Shown here: piece by piece, positions 1-11,971 of the stretch
Layout: each line of letters starts with the position of its first letter
Position numbering within the stretch: position 1 is the first letter of the stretch
DNA from: an uncultured Verrucomicrobiae bacterium
GTDB lineage: Bacteria; Verrucomicrobiota; Verrucomicrobiia; Palsa-1439
Length of the DNA: 64,000 nt
Assembly (NCBI GenBank): GCA_963812605.1
Contig: CAWEWF010000013.1
Coordinates: forward strand, 1-64,000
Reading direction: 5' to 3'
Notes under the pieces: model-generated
What the model was told of the DNA's origin: nothing
The model's input: the letters and a program-made list of their open reading frames with translations, nothing else
Database searches by the model: none
Program-made: the position numbers and the translations under genes

Positions 1-1
1 T

Positions 2-274
2 ACGCTCAAGCACACGTACATGGTCAACGCGCGGGCGTACGTGCGCGTCTACAAGGGGCTCGCCGAAATGAACAAGGTCGAACGGCTCGATTCCCACGCG
101 GAACTGCGAACCATCGAAGCCTTTGCGGGCGTCCTGGAGCAGGCGTTCCAGGAGTTTCACCAGCACCCTCTGGGTTCGCCGTTGATCCCCGAGTGGCGGC
201 GCCTGGAGGTGGCCCTTGACGGCATTCTGTCGGAACTGGTGACCGTGTTCGAAAATCCCAATGGCGAACCCTAA
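2..274 (+). CDS. C-terminal part of a probable glucosyl-3-phosphoglycerate synthase-like glycosyltransferase (runs off window start)
   Basis: Frame is open from the window edge. TLKHTY...DSHAELRTIEAFAGVL...PLIPEWRR resembles the C-terminus of GpgS-type proteins as I recall it. Confidence 0.55.
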   Translation, partial: TLKHTYMVNARAYVRVYKGLAEMNKVERLDSHAELRTIEAFAGVLEQAFQEFHQHPLGSPLIPEWRRLEVALDGILSELVTVFENPNGEP

Positions 275-301
275 CCAAATTGCATCTCGTAGAAAAGAAG
301 G

Positions 302-329
302 TTGCCATTCTCTAGTTATCTGATAGACT
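302..329 (+). promoter_or_regulatory. sigma70-type promoter of the Rrf2-ABC operon with an overlapping imperfect inverted repeat
   Basis: TTGCCA(302-307)-16 bp-TAGACT(324-329) with an extended TG. TCTAG-N7-ATAGA (311-327) lies over the spacer and -10 box. Confidence 0.5.
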
Positions 330-338
330 TTCATTGTT

Positions 339-815
339 ATGCGAGTTTCCAAACGAGGCGAGTACGCCCTGCGGTCGCTGATCAATCTCGGCATTGCCCG
401 TGAATTGGGCCTGCCCATGCTGCAAATCCGCGAACTGGCCGAGAAGGAAAACATCCCGGTAAAATTCCTCGAAGCCATCTTGCTCGAGATGAATCGCGCG
501 GGTTATTTGGAGAGCAAACGCGGCAAGGGCGGGGGTTATTTTCTCAAGAAGCCAATGAACAAGATCACGATTGGCGAGATTGTACGGTTGATTGACGGCC
601 CGCTGGCGCCGATTTCCTGCGCGAGCGTGACGGCCTACCATCCCTGCTCGTGTCCGGACGAGGCCCATTGTGGATTGCGTTTGTTAATGGTGGATGTCCG
701 CAATGCGATTGCCAACATCCTGGACCGATACACGCTGGCTGACACCGTGGATGTGACCTTGCGGAAAATGCGGCGGGACAAAGTGCCGCTGCCGTTCCTG
801 GAGACGAAGAAGTGA
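339..815 (+). CDS. Rrf2 family transcriptional regulator (CymR/IscR-like)
   Basis: SKRGEYALRSL, IPVKFLEAIL, SKRGKGGGY motifs and a C-terminal Cys cluster. Confidence 0.92.
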   Translation: MRVSKRGEYALRSLINLGIARELGLPMLQIRELAEKENIPVKFLEAILLEMNRAGYLESKRGKGGGYFLKKPMNKITIGEIVRLIDGPLAPISCASVTAYHPCSCPDEAHCGLRLLMVDVRNAIANILDRYTLADTVDVTLRKMRRDKVPLPFLETKK

Positions 816-1845
816 AGCCCTTGAAACTTGGCCATTCCTCTTGCTCGCACTGGGCTCGTGTACTTCGCGTCCCGCGGAGAAAGTCATCCTGCGCGTCGGC
901 CATTTCCCGAACGTAACGCACGCGCAAGCCGTGATCGCGCACGGGTTGAGCCGCGCGGGCAAGGGATGGTTTGAGGAACGACTCGGGCCAGAGGTGGAGG
1001 TGCAGTGGTTCATTTACAATGCCGGGCCGAGCGCGATGGAGGCGATTTTTGCGCGGTCGATCGATCTCACGTACGTCGGCCCAAATCCCGCCATCAACGC
1101 CCACTTGAAATCACAGGGCGAGGAAATCCGCATCGTCGCCGGCGCCTGCAGTGGCGGCGCGGCGCTGGTCGTGCAACCGGATGGCCGCATCAAGGCGGAC
1201 GCGGATTTCAAGGGCAAGAAGATCGCCACGCCGCAATTTGGCAACACGCAGGATGTGGCGGCCCGGGCGTGGTTGCAGTCAAAAGGTTTGCGCATCACCA
1301 TGACCGGTGGAGATGCTTCCGTCATCCCGACCGCGAACCCCGACCAGCTTTCGCTTTTTCAGGCAGATAAAATCGACGCCGTGTGGACGGTTGAGCCATG
1401 GGTGAGCCGGCTGGAGCAGGAGGCCAACGGGAAACTTTACCTCGAGGAGAGTTCGTTGTGGAAGGACACGGGCGGGAAGTACGTGACGACACACCTCGTG
1501 AGCAGCGTGAAGTTCCTCAAGGAACGCCCGGACCTGCTGAAGAAATGGATTGCCGCGCAGGTCGAGTTGACGAAATGGATCAACGACCATCCCGACGAAG
1601 CCAAGCGGATTTTCAACGAAGAAATGAAGGCGGAAACCACGAAGGCGTTGCCGCCGGCAACCCTGGACAGCGCGTGGAAGCGGTTGGAGATTACCTATGA
1701 TCCGGTCAGCGCCTCGCTGCTGAAGTGCGCCGAGGACGCGCATCGCGTCGGATTCCTGAAGGAATCCCCGGACCTGTCGCGGATCTACGATCTCAAGCTT
1801 CTCAATGAAGTCTTGCGTGAAAAAGGGCTGGCGGAAGTCAAGTGA
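812..1845 (+). CDS. Aliphatic sulfonate (SsuA/TauA-type) ABC substrate-binding lipoprotein; 1-nt indel near 825
   Basis: FPNVTHAQA, GPNPAIN and PQFGNTQDVA motifs. Adding one A in ttgAAActtgg gives MKPLKTWPFLLLALGSC (lipobox) from GTG 812, which overlaps the Rrf2 stop. Confidence 0.88.
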
Positions 1846-2663
1846 TGACGATCCACGAAGAACTCCAGAATGTTCCGCCCGAAAAGCTGGTGGTGGAGGG
1901 CGTGTCGAAATGGTTCCGGACGCGCCGCGCGGAGGTGCACGCGCTCGATAACGTCTCCCTGACCATTCACGAAGGGGAGTTCGTCTGCCTGGTCGGTCCC
2001 TCGGGCTGCGGTAAATCGACGCTCCTCAACATCATTGCCGGCCTGGAAATTCCCGACAGCGGACAGGTGTTGGCTGACGGCAAACCGGTCACGGGCCCGG
2101 GGCGCGAGCGGATGATGATGTTCCAGGAATCGGCCCTTTTCCCGTGGCTGGACGTCATCGACAATGTGATGTTTGGCCTGAAACTAAAGCCGAACTTGAA
2201 GACGAAAGAGCGCCGTGAAGTCGCGAAGTATTATCTCCATCTCGTGGGCCTGGAGAAGTTCATGACGGCGAACATCCACGAACTATCGGGCGGCATGAAG
2301 CAGCGCGTCGCACTGGCGCGCGCGCTGGCGCCGAACCCGCGCGTGTTGCTTATGGACGAGCCCTTCGCGGCCCTGGACGCGCTCACGCGCGAGCAACTCT
2401 ACGGCGATATCCAGCGGATCTGGCAGGAACGCAAGAAGACCATCGTGTTCGTCACGCACAACGTCCGCGAGGCCGCCTGTCTCGGCAATCGGGTCGTGTT
2501 GTTCTCGCCCCATCCGGGTCGCATTCAGGAGAAATTCCAGGTCGATTTGCCGCGTCCACGCGACATCAACAGCGTCGATCTTGCGAAATACTCGACCGAG
2601 ATCCGGAGCGCGCTCAAGCGCCATATGAATTTGGATCCGACACTGGCCGAGGTGGTTGGATGA
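1842..2663 (+). CDS. ABC transporter ATP-binding protein (SsuB/TauB/NitT family)
   Basis: GPSGCGKS, LSGGMKQR, LLMDEPF. Confidence 0.95.
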   Translation: MMTIHEELQNVPPEKLVVEGVSKWFRTRRAEVHALDNVSLTIHEGEFVCLVGPSGCGKSTLLNIIAGLEIPDSGQVLADGKPVTGPGRERMMMFQESALFPWLDVIDNVMFGLKLKPNLKTKERREVAKYYLHLVGLEKFMTANIHELSGGMKQRVALARALAPNPRVLLMDEPFAALDALTREQLYGDIQRIWQERKKTIVFVTHNVREAACLGNRVVLFSPHPGRIQEKFQVDLPRPRDINSVDLAKYSTEIRSALKRHMNLDPTLAEVVG

Positions 2664-3427
2664 GACGCGTCCTGGTGGTTGTTATCTTCTTCGCTTTGCT
2701 CCTCGTGATGTGGGAGGCGCTGGTGCGCCTGAAGATCTGGTCGCCGGTACTCGTGCCATCGCCCCTGAGCGTCGCTAGCTATCTGGCAGGCGCTCTTAAG
2801 GATGGCACGCTCCTGCGCGCAACGGCGGTGACCGTCCGCCGGTTGCTCATTGGCTATGCGCTCGGGTTGCTCTTTGGGTTGCCGTTGGGCTTGCTGACGG
2901 CGCGGTTCAAATTCTGCGAGGACACGCTGGGCGTCATTGCCCTGGCGTTCCAAACACTGCCGAGCGTTTGTTGGGTGCCGTTGGCGTTGCTCTGGTTCGG
3001 GCAGACGGAGGCGGCGATGCTGTTCGTGGTCATCATGGGCACTTTGTGGTCGGTGGTGATCGCCACGGACAACGGGGTGCGCACCGTCCCGCCGATTTAT
3101 GCGCGCGCGGCGCGCACCATGGGCTCGAAGCGGTTGCATGTGTGGATCAAGGTGATCGTGCCCGCTTCGCTGCCGTTCATCGTCAGCGGCATGAAGCAGG
3201 GCTGGGCGTTCGCGTGGCGCTCGCTGATGGCGGCGGAAATTTACGTGACGATTCTCAGCGGATTCGGGTTGGGCTACCTCTTGCAGGCCGGACGCGAACT
3301 ACAGGCCATGGATCAAGTTATTGGCATTATGTTGGTCATCATCGTCATCGGCATCCTGGCCGACAAGATTCTCTTCTCACCATGGGAACGCTTCCTCTAT
3401 CGACGCTGGGGAACGGCGAAGAACTAA
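2660..3427 (+). CDS. ABC transporter permease (SsuC/TauC family)
   Basis: Hydrophobic protein with an EAA-like loop (RAARTMGS) and AFAWRSLMAAE. Confidence 0.93.
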   Translation: MRRVLVVVIFFALLLVMWEALVRLKIWSPVLVPSPLSVASYLAGALKDGTLLRATAVTVRRLLIGYALGLLFGLPLGLLTARFKFCEDTLGVIALAFQTLPSVCWVPLALLWFGQTEAAMLFVVIMGTLWSVVIATDNGVRTVPPIYARAARTMGSKRLHVWIKVIVPASLPFIVSGMKQGWAFAWRSLMAAEIYVTILSGFGLGYLLQAGRELQAMDQVIGIMLVIIVIGILADKILFSPWERFLYRRWGTAKN

Positions 3428-3618
3428 GAACAGAAGACGGGTTTTCAACTTTGGTGACTGGTGTGTTTTGAGCAGAACGGAAAAATCCGGCCAGTGGTGA
3501 CGGCTGTCTTTTGTGATGTTCCGCCGCAAATCTGATCCGGCCGACAATCTGCTATTATTGACCGCGCACAAATCATGTTTGCCGGCCACGTGGCAGTTGT
3601 GCTTCTGTTGGAGCAAGT

Positions 3619-6600
3619 ATGCGGGCGAAGAATAATATTGGGCTGGGAACGGCGTCGGAATTCGTCGATCCGAAAACGATCCGGTACATCAACCTGAAAC
3701 TGGCGTTGCTGGGCTTTCCGACGGTGGCGGCAAGTCCCGACCCGGAGTTCGATGAGATGCGGGCGGCGTTACTGCAGCACCAACGCGAGACCGATCGATT
3801 GCTGGCCGACTACCTTTGCCCGGCGGACCAACGGATCCAGATTTTTCTCAACGATTATCTCCAGGAAACCGGCGCGTCGATCAAGTTACCGGGGCGGACG
3901 TTTGTCCTGGATCGATACGGCCTGGCCCGCGTTCTTTCCCTGCCGCCGGATCGTGATGAATTTATCTCGGAGCACGTGCGATCGTATCGCGTCAAGCAGG
4001 GTGTGCTGCACAATCCGCAGGCCGACCGGCGCACGACGCAGGGGATCTTTCACATCGCCGAAGGCGGGTTGGGCATTCCGGACGACAAATACAGCGTGCC
4101 GAAGGCGGTATTTGGCCGGATGCTGCAACTGGCGTTGACGCCGCCACCCGAGTTGTTGCGGCTGCCGTTCACGTCGGCGTCGGAGCCCGTGGAATGTTTT
4201 GTCTCGCTGCTGCTGCGGCCGTTGGTTGTGCCCGAGGTCGCCGGGTATATCGCGGAGAAAACGATGGAGGTCCGTTTCTTCGCGCCGGGAAACCTGGTGA
4301 GCAACCTCGACTTTGTGGAGAGCATCTTTGGCAATGGCGGCGATCCATTCCTGCCGGAGAATGACGCGAGCCTGGACGTGGAACACTGGACCGGTCACAC
4401 CGGCTGCGTGATCCTGGCGCCGCATCTGGTCAAGATCACCAAGAAAGAGGCGGGCCTGCCGCATTGGGACGCGGCCACCGAACGACAGCGGCGCGACAGC
4501 TTGTGCTGGCGCAGCGAGACGGAGCGCTACAACGACGGCCTGGCGTTCAAGCTCACATGCCGGGATGCGCGCGGGGTGATGGTCACGATTATTGCCGACA
4601 ATTACTTCGGGTATTGCAAAAAGGAGGTCAAGACCCAGATCAGTTACTCGGCCAATTTGTTTGGCCTGTGTGAGGAAGAGCATGCGGGCGGAGCGCTGGT
4701 CTATCCCTGCTACGATTTGGGTGAGGAATTCAGCGGCGATCTCCATGCGCCACGGCTTGACTATAAATTTGAGGAGGTGATCACGCTTTTTAGCGAGCTT
4801 TTGGATTTGAAACCCGAAGGTTATGCGGTTGACAAGAAGTTTCCCGACATTCTTTACGTGACCGAAGATGTACATTTTGACCTGTTGCGCCAGACGGTGA
4901 GCTGGCCGCAAAACGACGGCAGGCAGAAGATCAAACTGCTTCCCGGCAAGACGTACGTTCGCCCGTCGGGTTACAAGGTCCACATGGAAAAACCGCCCGG
5001 TGGCCGCTCGTGGCGACTCGTGGGAACGGCCGCTGAGCCGACGCTTTGCCACAAACCCTGCACGGTTTCCGGCGGCGGGAAGTCGGAGATCTCCAAACCG
5101 ATCACCGACGCCATCATCCAGGGGCCGGTATTCATCGCGGACTTTAAGCGCGAGTTTGATTTCGCCAACAAGCTGATCCGACGCGATTACTCCGATCGCT
5201 TCCGCGGCAAGACCGAGTCGAAGAAAGACAGCCGCCCCGTTCTCAGTTCCGAGCGCTCCCTGGGGTCCGTCATCAAATTGCTCACGCCTTCCGACGAGTA
5301 TACCGTCGATTATAATGAATGGCTGGCGTCCGTCCCCCAATACATCAAGGAATTGGTTTTCGTCGTGAAGCGCTACTACAAGCCGGAGATGGGGGACGAC
5401 TGGCGCGAGCATTTTAGCGTGGACATCATCGACGGCAGGCCCGGCAACGAACTGAAGTTCGACAACCGCAAACTGGTGGCCAATTACCTGCGTGTCGGAT
5501 TTGACCACGACGGCTCGTGGCGGACGTTTGGTTTGCGGAAGGATTTTCATCCCGCCGTAAAATTGCAGGCGGAGGACGATATCACCGCCTCGGTGGTGGT
5601 GCCGACGAAGTACTTATCGGGTTTGGATCCACAGTACCGACAGCCGTCGGTGAAGTTCGTCAAGAACTGCGAATACCGGCTGTTCCAGAGGCCCGACGAC
5701 GCCGTCCGTCGCGGTTATGACAAGCAGACCGAAGCGGATTTTTCGCAGGCCGGGAAATTTCTTCTCCAATTATGAGGCCCTCACCGTTGCGCAAGGGCGG
5801 GAATTGATCGAGGACGCCATCGGCTTCGACAAGTTCACCGGGCCGATGCAACGAATGATCCGCGAATTTGTCGAGAGCGGCAAGCCGTCATACGTTGTCT
5901 CGTCGGCACAGCCGCGGCTGGTGAACGGCAAGCCCTCGAAGAATCCGCGGTACCTGCAAATCCGGCCGGATCTGCTGGATGCCCGCGCCGTTTATCTTGC
6001 GGAAATGGGCACGCGCCTGCGCCGCCGCATTCCCCCGGGCCAGCCGCTTTTTACTCCCGTGAACGCCGTCCTGCCCGGTCGCCGCAACAATCCACCGGAA
6101 TCCAGTTCGCAGATCCGCTCGCTGGCGGTGTTCAACCCGATTCATTACCTGGAACTACCCGAGTTATTCATGGGATTCATCTGCAGCATTACCGGCAAGT
6201 CGCCATCCACCACGGGCGCCGGCTCGGAAGGAGCGCTGACGAAAGGGCCGTTCAACGCGCTTCCCCCGATCATTGATTTAAACAACGCGCTGGTTTCGCT
6301 GCTGCTGACGGGAGACCATGTTTTCATCACGGCCGCCGGGTATGTTGGTCCACACCTCCGTGTCGACCACGATGTCAGCCTGCTCGTCCCGGAAATCTGG
6401 AGCCGCATGAGCGTGGAAGAGCGCGACCCGCGATTTCTGATGGAGCATGGCTACCTGGAGAGATGCCGGGACTTTGAACACGCCGGCCAAATGGTGCTGG
6501 CCAGCCGTCTTGGTTATCGGATTACGAAGCGATTCGTTCTCAATTTTTTCGGGCGCGTGTTCCATCACCCGCACGTGGTTTTTACCGACAAAATGCTTTG

Positions 6601-7063
6601 TCCCGAGAAGCAGGACTACGACATTTTTGCCGATGGCATGGAGAACATGATCGAAGCTCACGAGCGCATCGCCCGGAGTTATTTCGACGATGGCAGCATC
6701 GAGGAGGCTTGTCCGCCGCTGCGAGCGCTGCTGCATATTATGGCGCACGGGCATCACGAGGGAAAAGATATCAACCACCCGGAATTCCGCGCCCTGTTTA
6801 CGCGCGAGAGCATGCTCGCCGGCGATTGGTACGGCGAACGTCTGGCCGCCAAACAGGCATTCGACATTCATTTGTGGGAGCGGAACGTCTGCCGCCTCGA
6901 AGAGTTGCTGAAAAAATCGAGTTACGCCGGTGAAGTGAAGCGGCTGGGTGTTCGCGAGCGTTTGGAGATGGCGCGCAGCCAACTGCGACGTGTGCAAGCG
7001 CCTGACTATCTGGAATTTCTGCATGGTTCGAGTGGCTCTCATCCTTGGAAATCTGTTGTGTAG
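3619..7063 (+). CDS. PPi-dependent phosphoenolpyruvate carboxykinase (~1150 aa), split by a +1 indel near 5755
   Basis: HNPQADRRTTQGIFH, DNYFGYCKKE, CHKPCTVSGGGKSEISK and GKSPSTTGAGSEGALTK motifs. The two ORFs join as ...QAG-NFFSNYE. Confidence 0.85.
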
Positions 7064-7066
7064 AAG

Positions 7067-7100
7067 AAAAAGCCCGAGGCAACTGCCGGCCTCGGGCTTT
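7067..7100. terminator. Bidirectional intrinsic terminator between PEPCK and the tRNA
   Basis: AAAAAGCCCGAGGC-loop-GCCTCGGGCTTT between convergent genes. Confidence 0.85.
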
Positions 7101-7106
7101 GTTGAT

Positions 7107-7183
<77 letters not shown>

Positions 7184-7237
7184 GTCAAAAGTGTGCTGCA
7201 CCTTAGTGGCGCAAGGTGGGTTCGTCAAGCACGCGTT

Positions 7238-7561
7238 TCAGCGGCGTTGGGCCACGGTTGAAGGCTGTGGTTCGAAGCGGAAAATAACTTCGTTGGGCCG
7301 CGCCAGGTTCAGTTTATTGCGGGCGGTCCGTTCGATGAAACTGGAATCGCTTTTCAGCGCCTCGATCTCGGTTTTTTGCTTTTTTTCGAGCGTCTCTTGC
7401 TGGTCGATTTCGCGGTCGAGTCGCGCGATCTCCTGTTGCATTTGACGCCGTTGATGCAAGAGCGGCACGAAAAGCAGGGCAATCCCGCAGCCGACGATGG
7501 CGACAAAGACAAAGAACCCGAGCGACTGCAGTTTACGCCAGAGGGCCGACGGCCAGCTCAT
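7238..7561 (-). CDS. ftsB: Septum formation initiator (FtsB/DivIC family)
   Basis: TM helix, coiled coil and FIERTARNKLNLARPNEVIF, directly downstream of eno (conserved synteny). Confidence 0.8.
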   Translation of the reverse strand: MSWPSALWRKLQSLGFFVFVAIVGCGIALLFVPLLHQRRQMQQEIARLDREIDQQETLEKKQKTEIEALKSDSSFIERTARNKLNLARPNEVIFRFEPQPSTVAQRR

Positions 7562-7563
7562 CG

Positions 7564-8973
<1,410 letters not shown>

Positions 8974-9052
8974 TCATTTTCGGTGATACTTTCCGTCGTG
9001 GGCGCGACCGCGGTTACGACGTGTCGCTTTTCGTTTGCCCCAAGGAGGATCC

Positions 9053-10213
9053 GTGGTGAAAAGGTTGGCAAAGAGAGTAGTGAATCGGGTTCTTCGGTCA
9101 GTGCGTTCCTGTCTGAGTGAACAGATGGAATTCAACCGGCTGGGTCGCAAGCCCCCGGAACTTCTGTGGCAGACATGCGCAGGTTGTCCCGTTACCCGGA
9201 CGGAACCTTCCGGGAGAAAGATCGGTCACGAGTTTTTCGTTGTGGGGGGGTATCACACGCTGGATTGCGTGTTGAGCCTGGTGGATGTGTTCGATCTGGG
9301 CAAGAGACGGTGGACGGAGCGGATCGCGATGCCGCCCAACATACCACAAACACATTTGGGCGTAGCCTGCGATGACCGGCAGTATCTTTACATCGTGGGC
9401 GGCCAGCTCGGGCCCCAATGCAGTCCAGCGGTGGCGGATGGATTTGTTTTTGACACACAAAACCGGACATGGAGCGGCCTGCCGCCGTTGCCCGAGCCGC
9501 GCTACTCGCTGACCACGCAATTGTGGCGTGGAAGATTGCACGTCTTGTCGGGCTCGAAGCCAGACCGTTATACGCCAAGTTGCGAACATTGGAGCATCGC
9601 CGTGGCCAAGGGCCGGGCGCTGGAGGATCGGTGGTGTGAAGAAGTTCCCATCCCGCGTGGAGGCCCGCATCGCGCGAGCGCCGTTTTTAACGACAGGCTT
9701 TATGTCCTCGGTGGAGAAGAGGGGGATGTCGTGCCTGTTCCGGGTGATCCGAAGTACACCTGCGATTGGAATACGCCGGTCGAGAAGTCGTATGGTGATT
9801 CGTTTGTGCTGGAAGACCGAGCGGAACAATGGAGACGCATGGCGCCGATGCCCCATGCCCGGGCGCACACGGAACATTCGATTGTGAAGATTGGGCGGTA
9901 CGCTGTCATTGTTGGCGGCATTGCGGAGCGCTACAAGTACGAGGATCTGATCCAGGTGTATGACACCGAAACGGACCGCTGGCGGAAAGCGGGTCGGCTG
10001 CCTTACGCGATGAAGACCAGCGCGGTCTATCACGAAGGATGGTTATTTGTGGTGACGGGGCAGCGAAGCAGAAGCCAGCAAGACCCGAGGCCGGGCGAAG
10101 TGCTGCGGAGCGTCTGGCGGGCGAAGTTTGATCCGGCGGAGCAATTCGGGGTTGTGAACGGAGGGGATACCTCCTGGACGGGCGCACTGGAGGGCGCAAG
10201 CCGTGCCTCTTAG
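9053..10213 (+). CDS. Kelch-repeat beta-propeller protein
   Basis: Repeated GG/Y/W kelch motifs. AAGGAGG SD before the GTG start. Confidence 0.85.
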   Translation: MVKRLAKRVVNRVLRSVRSCLSEQMEFNRLGRKPPELLWQTCAGCPVTRTEPSGRKIGHEFFVVGGYHTLDCVLSLVDVFDLGKRRWTERIAMPPNIPQTHLGVACDDRQYLYIVGGQLGPQCSPAVADGFVFDTQNRTWSGLPPLPEPRYSLTTQLWRGRLHVLSGSKPDRYTPSCEHWSIAVAKGRALEDRWCEEVPIPRGGPHRASAVFNDRLYVLGGEEGDVVPVPGDPKYTCDWNTPVEKSYGDSFVLEDRAEQWRRMAPMPHARAHTEHSIVKIGRYAVIVGGIAERYKYEDLIQVYDTETDRWRKAGRLPYAMKTSAVYHEGWLFVVTGQRSRSQQDPRPGEVLRSVWRAKFDPAEQFGVVNGGDTSWTGALEGASRAS

Positions 10214-11457
10214 CGCGCCTCCAAAAACTGTGGATCGTCCCGGGAGAAGGAGCGGCGCAGCCCTGTCGGTCGCGGTGCTGACGCAGGGCGGGGCAGAATG
10301 GATTGCCGGGCAGGATTTACACCGCCAATCTGATCGGGGCCCTGGGCCTGTTGCCGGAGGAGGAACGAATCGCCGTTTGCCAGATTGCGCCACCGACGGC
10401 TGGCCGGGCCGACCTGAACGAATTGGGCCCGGTCGTGAAGGCGCGTTGGTTTGCATTTCGCGCGACGGACTCGTTGACCGATAAATTGCGCGGGGCGAGG
10501 AGAGGGCTTCATTACGGAAAATGGCCGCGCAGCCTGGAGGCGGCGATGGCCCGGGCGAAGGCAACGGTCGCGTTCCCGGTCCTCGATTCACTGGGTCGGG
10601 AATTCCCGATACCCTGGATCGGATGGATTCCGGATTTTCAACACAAGTGGCTTCCGCATTTTTTCCCCGAGGAGGAGATAGGTCGACGGAACAAATGCTT
10701 TCAGGGAATTGTGAACGACGCCTGGCATGTCGTGGTCAGCAGCGAAGATGCGCACCGTGATTTGCAGCGATGGTTTCCGACGGAGCCGTCGCGTGTCAGC
10801 GTATTGCCATTCGTGTCGGTCATCAACGGCAAATGGTACGAAGAAGGACCCGCGAACGTGGCGGCGCAGTTCGACTTGCCGGAGAAATTCCTGATTTTCC
10901 CCTGCCAATATTGGGTCCACAAGAACCATGAGATGCTCTTTGAGGCCATCCGCATCCTTCGCGACCGGGGTTTTTCCGACATCTGCCTTGTAAGCACCGG
11001 TCGCACGAATGACTACCGCAGTCCCGGTCACTTCGCGAGGTTGGAGGAGTTCCTCCGGCGGCACGGCCTCGAAGCGCACGTGCGGATTTTGGGATTACTG
11101 CCACGGAACGAGGAGGTCCAGTTGTTGCGACGGGCGGCCGCGGTGATCCAGCCCTCGCGATTTGAGGGGTGGAGCGCGCTGATCGAAGACGCGCGAGCGT
11201 TGGGCAAGCCGATGTATGTATCCGACATTCGCGTGCATCGCGAGCAAGAACCGCCGCATGCAGTATTCTTTCCGCTCGACGAGGCAGAGCGACTGGCGGA
11301 GTTGGTAGCGAAGGATTGGCGGGAGCTAAAGCCGGGACCCGATCTGATGAACGAGCGCGAAGCTCGCGACCAACAGCATGAGCGTACGCTAACATTCGCC
11401 AGGACATTTCTGCAAATCCTGAAACGAACAGTCGCGGGCGGGAAGGCGGGAGTGTGA
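10203..11457 (+). CDS. Glycosyltransferase family 4 (group 1); indel near 10308
   Basis: WIPDFQH, WVHKNH and PSRFEGW motifs. The N-terminus ...GGAEWIAG lies in the adjacent frame. Confidence 0.88.
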
Positions 11458-11497
11458 GCAGGGCTTCCCGCAACCCAGGATGCGGCGTGGAGAAGCC

Positions 11498-11971
11498 ATG
11501 GCATTAGTCAAATGCCCGGAGTGCGGGAACGCGGTTTCGACGGAAGCGCCGGCTTGCCCGTCCTGCGGGTTTCCCGTGGCGGCGAAAGTGGCGGCGCAAG
11601 CGAAACCGTCACCGGACAGCGTACTGGCGGAGGTGCGGCCGTCATGGTGGCAGTTTTTCTGGCTGCTGTTTTTTTTCTGGCTGATTATTCCATGGATTGT
11701 GGCGTGGGCCCGGCGGGCTTCGGTGAAACTGCGCATTTATCCGGGGCGCGTCACGCTGGAGCGGGGTCTTTTCTCGAAATCCTACCGGGAATTCGATGCG
11801 CGCGATATTCGCTCGGTCGAGATTGACCAGGGTATCATGGCCCGGATGGTGGGGATCGGCGACCTGACCATTTCCACCGCAGCCACGGTCGACCCGGACG
11901 AAGAAATCGAAGGCATTCCCAATCCCAAAGCCATCCGCGACCTGATCCTGGCGCAGCGACCGGTTCAGTGA
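11498..11971 (+). CDS. Zinc-ribbon plus bacterial PH domain membrane protein
   Basis: CPECG...CPSCG, a TM segment, and IRSVEIDQGIMARMVGIGDLTI. Confidence 0.75.
   Translation: MALVKCPECGNAVSTEAPACPSCGFPVAAKVAAQAKPSPDSVLAEVRPSWWQFFWLLFFFWLIIPWIVAWARRASVKLRIYPGRVTLERGLFSKSYREFDARDIRSVEIDQGIMARMVGIGDLTISTAATVDPDEEIEGIPNPKAIRDLILAQRPVQ

Noticed and set aside
3505-3535. CRP/FNR-like site upstream of PEPCK
   Set aside because: Only a TGTGA half-site, with no matching TCACA.
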